IMG/VR virus record: IMGVR_UViG_3300040809_000188
Location: 8,031 to 72,030 of that record
Length of the DNA stretch: 64,000 nt
Source: a virus
Reading direction: 5' to 3' (one strand)
Below, one piece after another: positions 17,523 to 27,638 of the stretch. The stretch's first letter is position 1. The number at the start of each line of letters is the position of its first letter. The position numbers were made by a program, and so were the translations under genes. Below the pieces are notes generated by a model. It made no database searches and was not told where the DNA came from. It was given only the letters and a program-made list of their open reading frames with translations.

Positions 17523-18748
17523 AAAAGTTTTCGTCCTATCTAATCGAAGAAAAAAACACACACATGGAGCATATTGAAGACAATGTGCTAAATGGTGGTG
17601 TGCAAGGTGCTAGAGAAAGCATCAACTTTCTTAGAGGCATCAGAGATATGCTTGCTGGTAGTAGCGATGCATCAGTCAGTGCTAGTGTCAAGTGGGATGG
17701 TGCGCCTGCAATCTTTGCTGGAACCGATCCTTCTGATGGACAGTTCTTTGTAGCAAAGAAGGGTGTATTCAATAAGAATCCTAAAGTCTACAAAACAGAT
17801 GCAGACATTGATGCTGATACTTCTGGTGATTTGAACACCAAACTCAAACTTGCACTGAAGTATCTACCAGACTTGAATATCAAAGGTGTGATTCAAGGTG
17901 ACTTTTTGTTTGCTAAGAGAGACTTGAAGAAGCAGAAGGTTCAAGGCAAATCATACATCACGTTTCATCCTAACACCATTGTCTATGCAGTTCCTACTGA
18001 TGTGCCACTTGCTAGAGAGATATCTAAAGCAAAGATAGGTATTGTCTGGCACACCAAATACACAGGCAACTCTTTTGAGACAATGAAGTCATCATTTGGT
18101 GAAAACATTGCTAACAGTCTGACATCATCAAATGCAGTCTGGTCAGTTGATGCTGAATACAAAGATGTGTCTGGTAATGCTACACTTACAAAGAAACAGA
18201 CAAAAGAGATTACAGATATTCTCTCAAATGCTGGTAAAGTATTCAATAAGATTGATGCGGCTGGTCTAAATGGTATTTCAGATAACAGCGAACTACTAAT
18301 GCGTATGAAGACTTTTCTGAATACTAAAGTAAGAAAACAAGAAAAGGTTACAAATGTGAAAAAAGCAGTCACAGATATGATTGACTATTTTCACAACTAC
18401 TATCAGATTGAAACAGAAAAGCGTAAATCTGAAAAAGGTAAAGCGGCTGTTGATGAAAGAAAAAGAGAAGTAATGAAATACTTTTCAGATACAAACAGAG
18501 CAAACCTAGAGAACATTCTCACTCTAATGAATCTTATGGTTGATGCAAAAGAAATACTTATCAAGCAGATGAACAAAGTAAAATCTCTTGATACCTTCTT
18601 GCTTACAGATAAAGGTTTCAAAGCAACAGGACAAGAAGGTTTTGTTGCTATTGACAGAGTGGGTAAGAATGCTGTAAAACTAGTTGATAGAATGAACTTC
18701 AGTTATGCTAACTTTAGTCCTAATGTCAAAAAGGGATGGCAAAGATAA
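17519..18748 (+). CDS. ligase/nucleotidyltransferase-fold late protein
   Basis: MKKFSSYLIEE start; SVKWDGAP (KxDG), IQGD, EGFV, VKLVDR. Confidence 0.6.
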   Translation: MKKFSSYLIEEKNTHMEHIEDNVLNGGVQGARESINFLRGIRDMLAGSSDASVSASVKWDGAPAIFAGTDPSDGQFFVAKKGVFNKNPKVYKTDADIDADTSGDLNTKLKLALKYLPDLNIKGVIQGDFLFAKRDLKKQKVQGKSYITFHPNTIVYAVPTDVPLAREISKAKIGIVWHTKYTGNSFETMKSSFGENIANSLTSSNAVWSVDAEYKDVSGNATLTKKQTKEITDILSNAGKVFNKIDAAGLNGISDNSELLMRMKTFLNTKVRKQEKVTNVKKAVTDMIDYFHNYYQIETEKRKSEKGKAAVDERKREVMKYFSDTNRANLENILTLMNLMVDAKEILIKQMNKVKSLDTFLLTDKGFKATGQEGFVAIDRVGKNAVKLVDRMNFSYANFSPNVKKGWQR

Positions 18749-18835
18749 AGTTATTATAAATACTGTAAAGATAACAGAATCATTCTACACTGATTCGCAG
18801 TATATGTCAAGCGTTAAGTCTAAGGAAAACACGCA

Positions 18836-21310
18836 ATGAAAAAACTAGTATTTACATTCGGGCGTATGAACCCACCTACTATTGGTCATGAGAAACTGGC
18901 GAATAAGATTAAGTCAGTAGCGAAACAGGAGAAAGCCGATGCTCGTATCTATCTCTCCCATACACAGAACCCAACTAAAGACCCGTTATCCTACAAGCAA
19001 AAACTTGCTTTTGCTAAAAAGGCATTTGGAATTGCACACCAATCAAACGCAAAGCAAATCTTCCAAATCCTCAAAGAAATCTACGCCGACAAATACACAG
19101 ACATCGTTATGGTGGTCGGTTCTGATAGGGTAAAAGAGTTTAGCACACTTCTAAACAAATATAACGGCAAAGGTGACTATGAGTTCGATAGCATCAAAGT
19201 CATTTCTGCTGGTGAGCGTGATCCTGATGCACAGGGTGTCGAAGGTATGTCTGGCACCAAACTCAGAGCAATCGCAAAGGCTGGTGACTTTGATACATTC
19301 AAACAAGCCGCCGCATCTAAACTGTCTGACAGAGACAAGAAGAAGATGATGGACATGGTGCAGAAAGCACTATCAGAAGAAGTCCTAGAAGACTGGTCAG
19401 ACGATGACACTGCTCTATATGAAGAACTAGAACTACTAGACATCAATGAAGCACCGTTGACACCACAGCAAAGACGCAAGAGAGCAATGATTATGAAGCG
19501 TCTTGCTCCTAAACTTGCTAGACAGCGTAAGATTAAAGCAAAGCAAAAGGCTGGCGGTGAGAAACTTCAGCAAAGAGCAAAGAAGCAGGCTATTCAGATA
19601 GCGAGAGAAAGAATCGCTGGTGAAAAGGGTGCAAAGTACAAAGACTTGTCACCATCTGCTAAACAGGCTATCGACAAGAGAGTTCAGAAGCAGTCTGGTA
19701 TTGTCAACAAACTTGCAAAGAAACTATTACCGTCAGTAAAGAAGAAAGAGATGGAAAGAGTAAAGCAAGCAAGAACACAGTCAGAAGATTTTGATGCACT
19801 AGTAGAATCAGCACTAAAAACTATCAAGGTTGGTGAAGATGCGATTGGTGCAAAAGACACACAATATGCTCTAGTCAAAGAACGCAAGGTTATTGCTATT
19901 GGTTTGAAAAGCGAAATGCAGAGACTTTCTATGAAAGAAGGCGGCAGAGTTTGGAAAGTCAGTGCTGAAAATAAAGTTGGTGATTTGGTAGAAGCAAAGA
20001 CTAGACAAGACCCTGAGATTAAAGATATTGAAGGCACACAGCCAGCAAAGTATTATACTGGTGATATGTCTAAGTCTACTAAAGAAAAGAGAGCGGCTTA
20101 CTTTAAGAAGCAAGCAAAGAAAGACGATGATAGCAAAGCGGCATATAAACCAGCGCCCGGCGATGCTGATGCAAAGACTAAGCCATCTAAACACACTCTA
20201 AAATATAAGAAGATGTTTGGTGAAGAGATTGAAGGTCTAAAGAAGAAAGCAGAGAAGTCTGGCATCTCTTACGGCATTCTAAAGAAAGTCTACGACAGAG
20301 GCATGGCGGCATGGAAGTCTGGTCATCGCCCAGGCACAACACCACAACAGTGGGCGTTTGCAAGAGTAAACTCATTTATCACTGGTGGTAAAACTCGCAC
20401 AACTGCTGATGCAGACTTATGGGCGAAGCATAGCGGCAAGTCTGAAGCAGTGTCTCCAGCACAGCAAGCGGCTATTGCTATCGCTAAGAAGAAGTCTGGC
20501 AAGTATGATAAAGACGGCAAACGTATTGATGAAGCATATGAGTTCGGAACAGATGAATATGCAAATCATACAAAAGATATGACGCCCGGTCAGACAGATG
20601 AGATGACTGTCAAAGACAAGAAGTTGCCTAATCTAAAGATTGCGACAGGTAAGTCTGCAAGACAAGCAAAGCAAACTCTTGCAAGAAACAAAGCAAGAGC
20701 AGAGCGCAAGAAGGGAACTGGACTAGCGGCGGCATACAATCCTGATGATGATTTTAGTGGTAAGCCAGTGAAGAAGTTTAAAGACTTTAAAAAAAAGAAT
20801 CAAATAAGTGAGGGTATACAGTATCATTTAGACACAGGTGTGCCGTTTGCTGATAATATTTTTCGTCATGACTCACCATCGTTCTATATGTTCTTTCAAG
20901 AAGCAAGAGTAAGATGGAGAAATGGTGAACTAGAACCAGATGCTACAGACAAGCAAATACTGATGACTGACATTGGTTTGTTTGGTATCTATGAGGGCAA
21001 AGAAGTTCCACTTGATTGTCCTCTAATGGAAGCAGATAAAGATGTAGAACTCAACTCACCAAAACGAGGTGGTTCTAAGAAGTTCTATGTGTATGTGAAG
21101 AACGATAAGGGTAATGTGGTAAAAGTGGAGTTTGGTGATACTTCTGGATTGAAAGCAAAAATCAATGACAGAGAAGCGGCACGAAACTTTGCAAGTCGTC
21201 ATCAGTGTGATACAAAGAATGATAAGACAAAGCCTGGATACTGGGCGTGTAGATTGCCTTGGTATGCAAAGTCACTAGGACTAGAAGGCGGAGGTAAATA
21301 CTTTTGGTAA
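18836..21310 (+). CDS. cytidyltransferase-like (HIGH) multidomain protein
   Basis: N-terminal TFGRMNPPTIGHEKL, VVGSDRV, AGERDPDA..MSGTKLR; several basic C-terminal modules. Confidence 0.75.
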   Translation: MKKLVFTFGRMNPPTIGHEKLANKIKSVAKQEKADARIYLSHTQNPTKDPLSYKQKLAFAKKAFGIAHQSNAKQIFQILKEIYADKYTDIVMVVGSDRVKEFSTLLNKYNGKGDYEFDSIKVISAGERDPDAQGVEGMSGTKLRAIAKAGDFDTFKQAAASKLSDRDKKKMMDMVQKALSEEVLEDWSDDDTALYEELELLDINEAPLTPQQRRKRAMIMKRLAPKLARQRKIKAKQKAGGEKLQQRAKKQAIQIARERIAGEKGAKYKDLSPSAKQAIDKRVQKQSGIVNKLAKKLLPSVKKKEMERVKQARTQSEDFDALVESALKTIKVGEDAIGAKDTQYALVKERKVIAIGLKSEMQRLSMKEGGRVWKVSAENKVGDLVEAKTRQDPEIKDIEGTQPAKYYTGDMSKSTKEKRAAYFKKQAKKDDDSKAAYKPAPGDADAKTKPSKHTLKYKKMFGEEIEGLKKKAEKSGISYGILKKVYDRGMAAWKSGHRPGTTPQQWAFARVNSFITGGKTRTTADADLWAKHSGKSEAVSPAQQAAIAIAKKKSGKYDKDGKRIDEAYEFGTDEYANHTKDMTPGQTDEMTVKDKKLPNLKIATGKSARQAKQTLARNKARAERKKGTGLAAAYNPDDDFSGKPVKKFKDFKKKNQISEGIQYHLDTGVPFADNIFRHDSPSFYMFFQEARVRWRNGELEPDATDKQILMTDIGLFGIYEGKEVPLDCPLMEADKDVELNSPKRGGSKKFYVYVKNDKGNVVKVEFGDTSGLKAKINDREAARNFASRHQCDTKNDKTKPGYWACRLPWYAKSLGLEGGGKYFW

Positions 21311-21582
21311 AACCATATAAAGACATACATTTAGCACCAAATGTCTTTGTTCGTGAGTTTGATCCAGAAATAGATAGTGATGAACTAGTATGGCACAGAG
21401 ACAAAAAGAATAGACACTTTGCAGTGTTAGAAGGTAAAGACTGGTGGTTTCAAGAAGACGATAAGATGCCAGTCGAACTAGAAAAAGGTAAGATTTACGA
21501 AATAGAGAAGGGTGAATATCACAGACTTCTCAAAGGAACAAAAGCAACTCAACTTAGAATAAAGATATGGGAAGAAGAGTAA
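21304..21582 (+). CDS. cupin-like protein
   Basis: ELVWHRD..EGKDWWFQ..EYHRL. Confidence 0.6.
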   Translation: MVKPYKDIHLAPNVFVREFDPEIDSDELVWHRDKKNRHFAVLEGKDWWFQEDDKMPVELEKGKIYEIEKGEYHRLLKGTKATQLRIKIWEEE

Positions 21583-21583
21583 A

Positions 21584-22789
21584 ATGTCACTAGAAAGCAC
21601 AATAAGAATGATGACTGAAAGTAAAGTCGTCAAAGAAGATGGACACACAGATGTCGCTTCTGCTAAGAGACAGTGCAAAACCGCTATGGAAGATGCTCAA
21701 GCCATCATAGGTGTTCTAGATGGCATGAACGATGAAGATGCGCTACCTACTTGGTGGACAAACAAACTTGCGATTGCGGCCAATAGCATGAACAAGTTGA
21801 ACGACTATCTGTCAAATCCAACAGAGCAAAAAGAAGAAGTTACAGAGGAAGTAGAAATGACTGACATAAATGAAGGACGCATGAAAGAACTTCATGGATA
21901 CATGGAAAAAGGTATGTCTGCAAAAGAGATTGCCAAGAAAATGAAACTCGATGTTAAGACTATCAAAGCACTTATCGGTGAAGAAGTCGAAATCGAAGAA
22001 GAGTTTATTGACGACCTAATCGAAGCAGTTGAACTTGATGAAGCGCCAAAGATGAAGTATGCTCTTGTCGGCAAAGATATGAAAATCTATTCAATGGGTA
22101 GTGATGAGCGAGACTTGAGATTGGACAGGCGTTCTCTTGAAAAAAGATTCAAAGATGTTGCACCACTAAAAATGGCAAGACTTAAAACTGCACAAACTAT
22201 TGGTGACAAAGTAGATAAATCCCAACTAAAGGAGGAGACAGTGAACGAACATACACACTATAAGATGGAGCCGTTTGGTGTTTCCAGAAGTCTAGTTGAC
22301 TCTGTAAAAGCAGTTCTTGCCGGTAAACCAAGCAGAGAAAACATCCCAGAAGAGATTCTAGACGATGATGTTGCTGACTTTATCGGAGCGGCTTCTAAAG
22401 CGGCTGCCGCTGGTAAGAAGAAGTTCAAGTTTGGTGACAAAGAATATCCAGTAACAATCAAAAAGTCTACTGCTGATAAAGTTTCTAAGAAGATGGAAGA
22501 ATCAGTAAAGAAAGAAGAAGAAGGCGAAGAAGATGCACCTTCTGACGACAAGAAAGCAAAGGAGAAGAAGGACGAGAAGAACGGCAAGAAAGAGCCTATT
22601 GAAATCGATCCTGAAATCAAAGAAGAAGCAGAAGGCGAAATGACTGATGCTCAAATGAAGAAGCGTGAAGAGATTGTCAAGTCAATGAAAAAGCGTGAGC
22701 AAGAGTTCAAAGACAAATATGGCGACAGATGGAAAGAAGTCATGTATGCTACTGCTACTAAGATGGCAATGAAAGAAGCAAAGAAGTAA
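21584..22789 (+). CDS. probable internal head polyprotein
   Basis: E/K-rich, with short modules separated by (I/L/V)xE sites. Confidence 0.55.
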   Translation: MSLESTIRMMTESKVVKEDGHTDVASAKRQCKTAMEDAQAIIGVLDGMNDEDALPTWWTNKLAIAANSMNKLNDYLSNPTEQKEEVTEEVEMTDINEGRMKELHGYMEKGMSAKEIAKKMKLDVKTIKALIGEEVEIEEEFIDDLIEAVELDEAPKMKYALVGKDMKIYSMGSDERDLRLDRRSLEKRFKDVAPLKMARLKTAQTIGDKVDKSQLKEETVNEHTHYKMEPFGVSRSLVDSVKAVLAGKPSRENIPEEILDDDVADFIGAASKAAAAGKKKFKFGDKEYPVTIKKSTADKVSKKMEESVKKEEEGEEDAPSDDKKAKEKKDEKNGKKEPIEIDPEIKEEAEGEMTDAQMKKREEIVKSMKKREQEFKDKYGDRWKEVMYATATKMAMKEAKK

Positions 22790-23268
22790 TGAAAATATAC
22801 TGCGACATGGATATGGTTCTATGTAACTTTCTCAAAGGAGCAGAGAAGGTTGCTGGTGAACCATTTCCAGAGAAAAATGGAAAATATTCTAAAGACGAAA
22901 AGAAAGCCATGATTGCGGCTACGAAAGGTTTTTGGGATAATCTTGAGTGGATGCCTGGGGGTAAAGACTTGTGGAACTATCTAAACAGCATCGAAGGTGC
23001 TGAAGTCAATATTCTATCAGCATACGCATCGTGGGACCCAAGTTGTAAGAGGGGTAAAAGAGTTTGGATTGCAAAGAATCTAAAACCAAAGCCCAATAAA
23101 ATCCATTTGGTTCGCAGAGAAGACAAACAGAATTACGCTGATGCAGATAGCATCCTCGTAGATGACCATGGGAAGAATACAAGTGAGTTCAAAAGAGCAG
23201 GCGGACAGGCTGTCACGCATATAAATACTAGTAAAACAATATCCGAATTAAAGCGGATACTCAAATAA
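22789..23268 (+). CDS. HAD-family 5'(3')-nucleotidase-like phosphatase
   Basis: IYCDMDMVL, FWDNLEWMP, ILSA, LVDD..N. Confidence 0.8.
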   Translation: MKIYCDMDMVLCNFLKGAEKVAGEPFPEKNGKYSKDEKKAMIAATKGFWDNLEWMPGGKDLWNYLNSIEGAEVNILSAYASWDPSCKRGKRVWIAKNLKPKPNKIHLVRREDKQNYADADSILVDDHGKNTSEFKRAGGQAVTHINTSKTISELKRILK

Positions 23269-23284
23269 GACAAGGAGAATAGAA

Positions 23285-23776
23285 ATGTCACTTTGGGGAA
23301 TGAATGACGGAAAGGCCACCGCTGGCAGTATTGTTGTAACAGCGGCGAACAGCACAGTGGTTGGTACTTCCACAACTTTCACTAACTTTGCGGTTGGTGA
23401 TTTTCTAAACGTAGGTAAGAACGACTATGTGATTACTGCTATTGCGAATGCAACAGTAATGACAGTTCGTGCTGGCGAAACTGGTGGAACTCTTGTAGGC
23501 GCACAATCAAACAGCACCTACTATGTTCAAGAGAAGCCTCTTTATGTTGCTTACTCTTCAGTTGGACTAGATGCTAACAACGTCTACGGTGTATCAACAT
23601 CTGAAATGAACTTTGCAAACACCGCTGGTACAGAGTCAGACAATGTACCTCACGCTGGTTGGAATCTAAGAACTGAAGGTTCTGGTGGTCGTGCTGGTCG
23701 TGTGTTCTATGAGACACTCGTAGCCGCATCATCTATCACTGGTGACGCTGGTGACGATAGCAAACTTCCAGAATAA
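23285..23776 (+). CDS. virion structural protein
   Basis: Late promoter; MSLWG..HAGWN..GRAGRVFYETLVA; T/S/N-rich. Confidence 0.7.
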   Translation: MSLWGMNDGKATAGSIVVTAANSTVVGTSTTFTNFAVGDFLNVGKNDYVITAIANATVMTVRAGETGGTLVGAQSNSTYYVQEKPLYVAYSSVGLDANNVYGVSTSEMNFANTAGTESDNVPHAGWNLRTEGSGGRAGRVFYETLVAASSITGDAGDDSKLPE

Positions 23777-23800
23777 GTTCTGATTGATTAGGAGTAGAAA

Positions 23801-24832
23801 ATGGCAGACAAGAAGGTCAGCGCATTAACAGCCATTACAAATATGTCTAGTGACGATTTGCTAATGGTTGTAAATGATCCTTCTGGCACACCAGCCAGTA
23901 GGAAAATAACACATGCAAACTTCTTTGCAAATGTGCATACGGTTTCTGATTTCACATCGAATGTTACTATTAGTAGCACGACAGCAACCGTGTCTGCCAA
24001 TACTACTTTTAACGGTAGTGTAACTTATAACGGTGGTATTACCTTTAGCAGTGGTGTGACGTTTGCAAATAGTACAATCAACGTACTTGGAGCGAATACC
24101 ATTGTCAATGGTAACTTGACTGCAAATGGCGCATTGGTTCTAAGAAGTTCAGTATCATCTAGTGGTTTAAATATCATTGGAAGCAACGGTAAAATCAATG
24201 CTAACAATGCTATCACCGCTGGAACTATTACTGAAGCAATGATGCAGACAAAGCCTATTGCTAATACAACAGCAAGAACTTTGATTTCAGATCGTATGCA
24301 AGTTGCTAATACAACAGCACTTGTCAATGATCGTATGCAAGTTGCTAATACGACAACTAACTTTTTAAGCAAGACATCGCTAGATACACAGATTACGTCT
24401 GCAAATGTTGTCATCGATGCTGGTCCAACAGTATCAAATACTGGTGTTCATATCTCAAATGGTGCTATTAATATCTTCAGTGATAGCGGCCGATCTTCAT
24501 TGGTTGATTTTTACTGTGAAGTTGCAAATCAGCACAAGGTAAGACTACAAGGACCAGCACACGCTAACTTCAGCGGTGATGTTGTGGTTACTCTGCCAGT
24601 TAAGTCTGGTAATGTTGCTACAACAAACAGTGAAGTGTTCACTGGAACCACATCAGCAGAAAATCTGACAGTCAATAGTCTTTTCAGACTTACAAATAAA
24701 GTTTCAGACTTTGCTACATCTAATGCTGTGACTGAATCTGTCACCGCAGGCTCTGTATATTACAGTAATACATATTTGTATGTCGTTACTGACAGCAACA
24801 CAATAAAAAGGGTTCTATTGAGTACTTGGTAA
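23801..24832 (+). CDS. virion fibre-like structural protein
   Basis: MADKKVSALT N-terminal module; T/S/N/A-rich with DRMQVANTT repeats. Confidence 0.7.
   Translation: MADKKVSALTAITNMSSDDLLMVVNDPSGTPASRKITHANFFANVHTVSDFTSNVTISSTTATVSANTTFNGSVTYNGGITFSSGVTFANSTINVLGANTIVNGNLTANGALVLRSSVSSSGLNIIGSNGKINANNAITAGTITEAMMQTKPIANTTARTLISDRMQVANTTALVNDRMQVANTTTNFLSKTSLDTQITSANVVIDAGPTVSNTGVHISNGAINIFSDSGRSSLVDFYCEVANQHKVRLQGPAHANFSGDVVVTLPVKSGNVATTNSEVFTGTTSAENLTVNSLFRLTNKVSDFATSNAVTESVTAGSVYYSNTYLYVVTDSNTIKRVLLSTW
24290..24351 (+). repeat. in-frame tandem repeat, 39-nt period
   Basis: GATCGTATGCAAGTTGCTAATAC at 24290 and 24329. Confidence 0.9.
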
Positions 24833-25228
24833 ATGTTTGAAAACTTGAATGATGATAACTATATGTTATTTGCCGCAAAATATTATGAAAATGCACACTG
24901 CACAGATTTATTAGAGTTTCATGATGATTTGAAAAGAATAAGATATATTAAGAGACTATTTAAAAAGTATGAACAAACTGGTGAGTTGAAAGATAGGTTG
25001 ATATTCAATCATCTAATCGTTTTGTATAATGTATTTGAACACAGAGCAATGACACGAATGCTTTGTTATAAGTTATATGATCAGTTACAATACTTGAAAC
25101 CATTTCTGATATTCCTGAACTATTGGAGAACAGATGTTGGTTTACTTGATGGAAAAAGAATAAGAGATAGTGATATTCCCATTGATATGGGTATTGTCAA
25201 GAGATTAAGAGAGTTAAATGGCCAGTAA
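24833..25228 (+). CDS. conserved T4-like phage hypothetical protein
   Basis: FAAKYYEN..C..EFHDDLKRIRYIKRL..NHLIVLYNVF. Confidence 0.75.
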   Translation: MFENLNDDNYMLFAAKYYENAHCTDLLEFHDDLKRIRYIKRLFKKYEQTGELKDRLIFNHLIVLYNVFEHRAMTRMLCYKLYDQLQYLKPFLIFLNYWRTDVGLLDGKRIRDSDIPIDMGIVKRLRELNGQ

Positions 25229-25793
25229 GTTTGGAGACCTATTATTAGCGTATAACTTTATCAAGAGGTTAGTCACACCTTTTGATGAAACTGATGCGTT
25301 CAAACTAGGTATCATCGATGAGCGTGGTAAGAAGATTAAGGACCCGAAGACTTCTGAAGAAGAACTTTCGTTCTCGACTTTCAATCGTCTTGTCTTCAAT
25401 ATCAAAAAAATCATCGAAAGACTTCCAGGCGGTAAATCAAAACTTGCATCATATGGTGCCGCTTTGTTTTTGATTAAAGAAAGCGCAAATCCAAAAGAAC
25501 ATTACACAGACGAAGAAATCATGCAAGCGTTGGAGGAGAACATGGACTACCTTGCAAAGCACGATAAAATGACATACAAGAAACTTTTCGAGGATGCTCC
25601 AGCAACTTCAACTGCTGGTGTAGCAGGCACAGGCGATGATGCTGATACTGTTCCAGTAAAGAAGAAAAAGCAAATCGAAAAAGATGGTCGTAAGAAAGAA
25701 ATGAAAGCATATCTCAAAGCATATCTTGAGCGTAGAGCAAAGCGTGAAGAACTTGCTAAGAAAGAAGAAATGAGAAAGCGTTTAGGATTGTAA
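25218..25793 (+). CDS. conserved T4-like phage hypothetical protein
   Basis: FIKRLVTPF..AFKLGIID..AALFLIKE. Confidence 0.75.
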   Translation: MASKFGDLLLAYNFIKRLVTPFDETDAFKLGIIDERGKKIKDPKTSEEELSFSTFNRLVFNIKKIIERLPGGKSKLASYGAALFLIKESANPKEHYTDEEIMQALEENMDYLAKHDKMTYKKLFEDAPATSTAGVAGTGDDADTVPVKKKKQIEKDGRKKEMKAYLKAYLERRAKREELAKKEEMRKRLGL

Positions 25794-25794
25794 A

Positions 25795-27093
25795 ATGGCA
25801 CAGTATCGCAGAGACAGACACGAATATCTTCCGAATGGTAACACTATCTTTGAGGTAGTGATGCTTGCTGATGAATATGGTAATCGTATTGGTCCTGCGA
25901 ATCCATCTGGCATGGCAGTAGATGCTTTTGGTAGAGCAAGAGTGTCACAGCCATTTACACTTTTTGATTCTTCACATCGTTTTGATGATAACGAAGCGTT
26001 TGCAACATCCAATACAGCAACAGCAACTTATGAACATTTCGCTAATAATGGTCTTGTTGTATTAGATGTTGATACAACAGATGGTGCTGAAGTTGTTCGT
26101 GAAACCAAGAGAGTATTCTCTTACCAACCGGGCAAGTCTCTGCAAGTATTAAATACTTTTGTTATGGATACAGCAAAGACTGGTCTAAGACAAAGAGTTG
26201 GATACTTTGGTGCTAATAATGGTATCTTCATAGAGCAATCAAACTCTGACATCTACTTTGTAAAGAGGGCAATAAACTCTGGCACTGTTGCTGAAACAAG
26301 AGTTTCTAAAGCAAACTGGAATCTTGATACACTTGATGGAACAGGTCCATCTCGTAAGACACTAGATTTAACAAAAGCACAGATTCAGTTTATTGATGTC
26401 GAATGGCTTGGTGTAGGAACAGTAAGAACAGGTTTTGTTATTGATGGACAGTTTATTCACTGTCACTCTTTCCATCACGCAAATGAAATCACTGATACCT
26501 ATATGCAGACTGCATCTTTGCCTATTAGATATGAAATCAAAAATACTGCCGCAACTGCTAGTGCAAGTCGAATGAAACAGATTTGCTCTTCTGTTATTTC
26601 AGAAGGCGGTTATGAGTTGCGTGGAGAAAAACACGCTGTAGCAACACCAATCGCAACACCAAGAAATCTTACACCTGCCGCAACATATCTTCCAATCATT
26701 TCACTTAGATTAAAAGCAAGTGAGTTGGATGCTGTTGTCATTCCTGTCGGTGGTGCTTTGTCTGGTGTTGGTAATAATGCTTACTTCTCTTGGAGACTTG
26801 TTCGTGGTGGAACGACAAGTGGTGGTAGTTGGTCTTCAAATGGAAACTCTAGTGTTGAATACAATACTTCAGGAACATCATTTAGTGGAGGAAAAGTAGT
26901 TCGCTCTGGATTTGTAACATCGACAACACAGTCTGTTGGAGCAACAGATTTGATTGGTGAGAACTTCTTTAATCTCCAGTTGAGAAGAGATGGACTAGCA
27001 GATACAGCAGAAGAGTTTACACTTTTGGTAGCATCAAAGGTTGATAACGATGACATTTATGCATCTCTTGAGTGGGAAGAGATTACACGCTAA
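25795..27093 (+). CDS. virion structural protein
   Basis: DAFGRARVS.PFTLFDS..YQPGKS..EWLGVG..CSSVISEGG; beta-rich. Confidence 0.7.
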   Translation: MAQYRRDRHEYLPNGNTIFEVVMLADEYGNRIGPANPSGMAVDAFGRARVSQPFTLFDSSHRFDDNEAFATSNTATATYEHFANNGLVVLDVDTTDGAEVVRETKRVFSYQPGKSLQVLNTFVMDTAKTGLRQRVGYFGANNGIFIEQSNSDIYFVKRAINSGTVAETRVSKANWNLDTLDGTGPSRKTLDLTKAQIQFIDVEWLGVGTVRTGFVIDGQFIHCHSFHHANEITDTYMQTASLPIRYEIKNTAATASASRMKQICSSVISEGGYELRGEKHAVATPIATPRNLTPAATYLPIISLRLKASELDAVVIPVGGALSGVGNNAYFSWRLVRGGTTSGGSWSSNGNSSVEYNTSGTSFSGGKVVRSGFVTSTTQSVGATDLIGENFFNLQLRRDGLADTAEEFTLLVASKVDNDDIYASLEWEEITR

Positions 27094-27638
27094 TGTATAT
27101 GACAGAGAAAACAATCACTCGCTCAGACTTGGCGCAGATAGAAAAGTATGCTGACAAGTTGTTTGCGAAAGTAGGGATTGATGTGGAATTTACAAAACAT
27201 TTCTTGGATCGTGTAAACGATGAAAGAAATAAGAAGCAGATAACAACTGCTGAACTAACTCGTATCTTTAAACAGGTCTTCAGTAAGCACGGCAAACCGA
27301 TTGCAAGACTAGGACCTGATGCAGAAGCAGTAATGAAAGATATGAGAACTGACATCAACATGCCTTTTGTTCTGAAGTTGTCTGGAAACGAACTTGAACT
27401 TGTCGCTAAGACAGTCATGCGTAAGAAGGACTTTAAGACCTCTAATAAGACATTTGCAGTAGAAGAAACTCTGCAAATCTTACATAGAGAGTCAAACAAA
27501 CAAGGTAAAAAGACTTTTAAGGAGTTTACCGATGTTAAAACGATGGATACAAAAAAGAGTATCAGAGAGGACATCATGGGATGGCGGAATGCTCATCGCA
27601 CTTGGCCTTCTCGTACTATTCCTCTCACCTCTCGCTAA
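27093..27638 (+). CDS. hypothetical protein, possible RNase-toxin-like fold
   Basis: VEFTKHFLDRVND.R..NMPFVL..AKTVMRK. Confidence 0.55.
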   Translation: MYMTEKTITRSDLAQIEKYADKLFAKVGIDVEFTKHFLDRVNDERNKKQITTAELTRIFKQVFSKHGKPIARLGPDAEAVMKDMRTDINMPFVLKLSGNELELVAKTVMRKKDFKTSNKTFAVEETLQILHRESNKQGKKTFKEFTDVKTMDTKKSIREDIMGWRNAHRTWPSRTIPLTSR

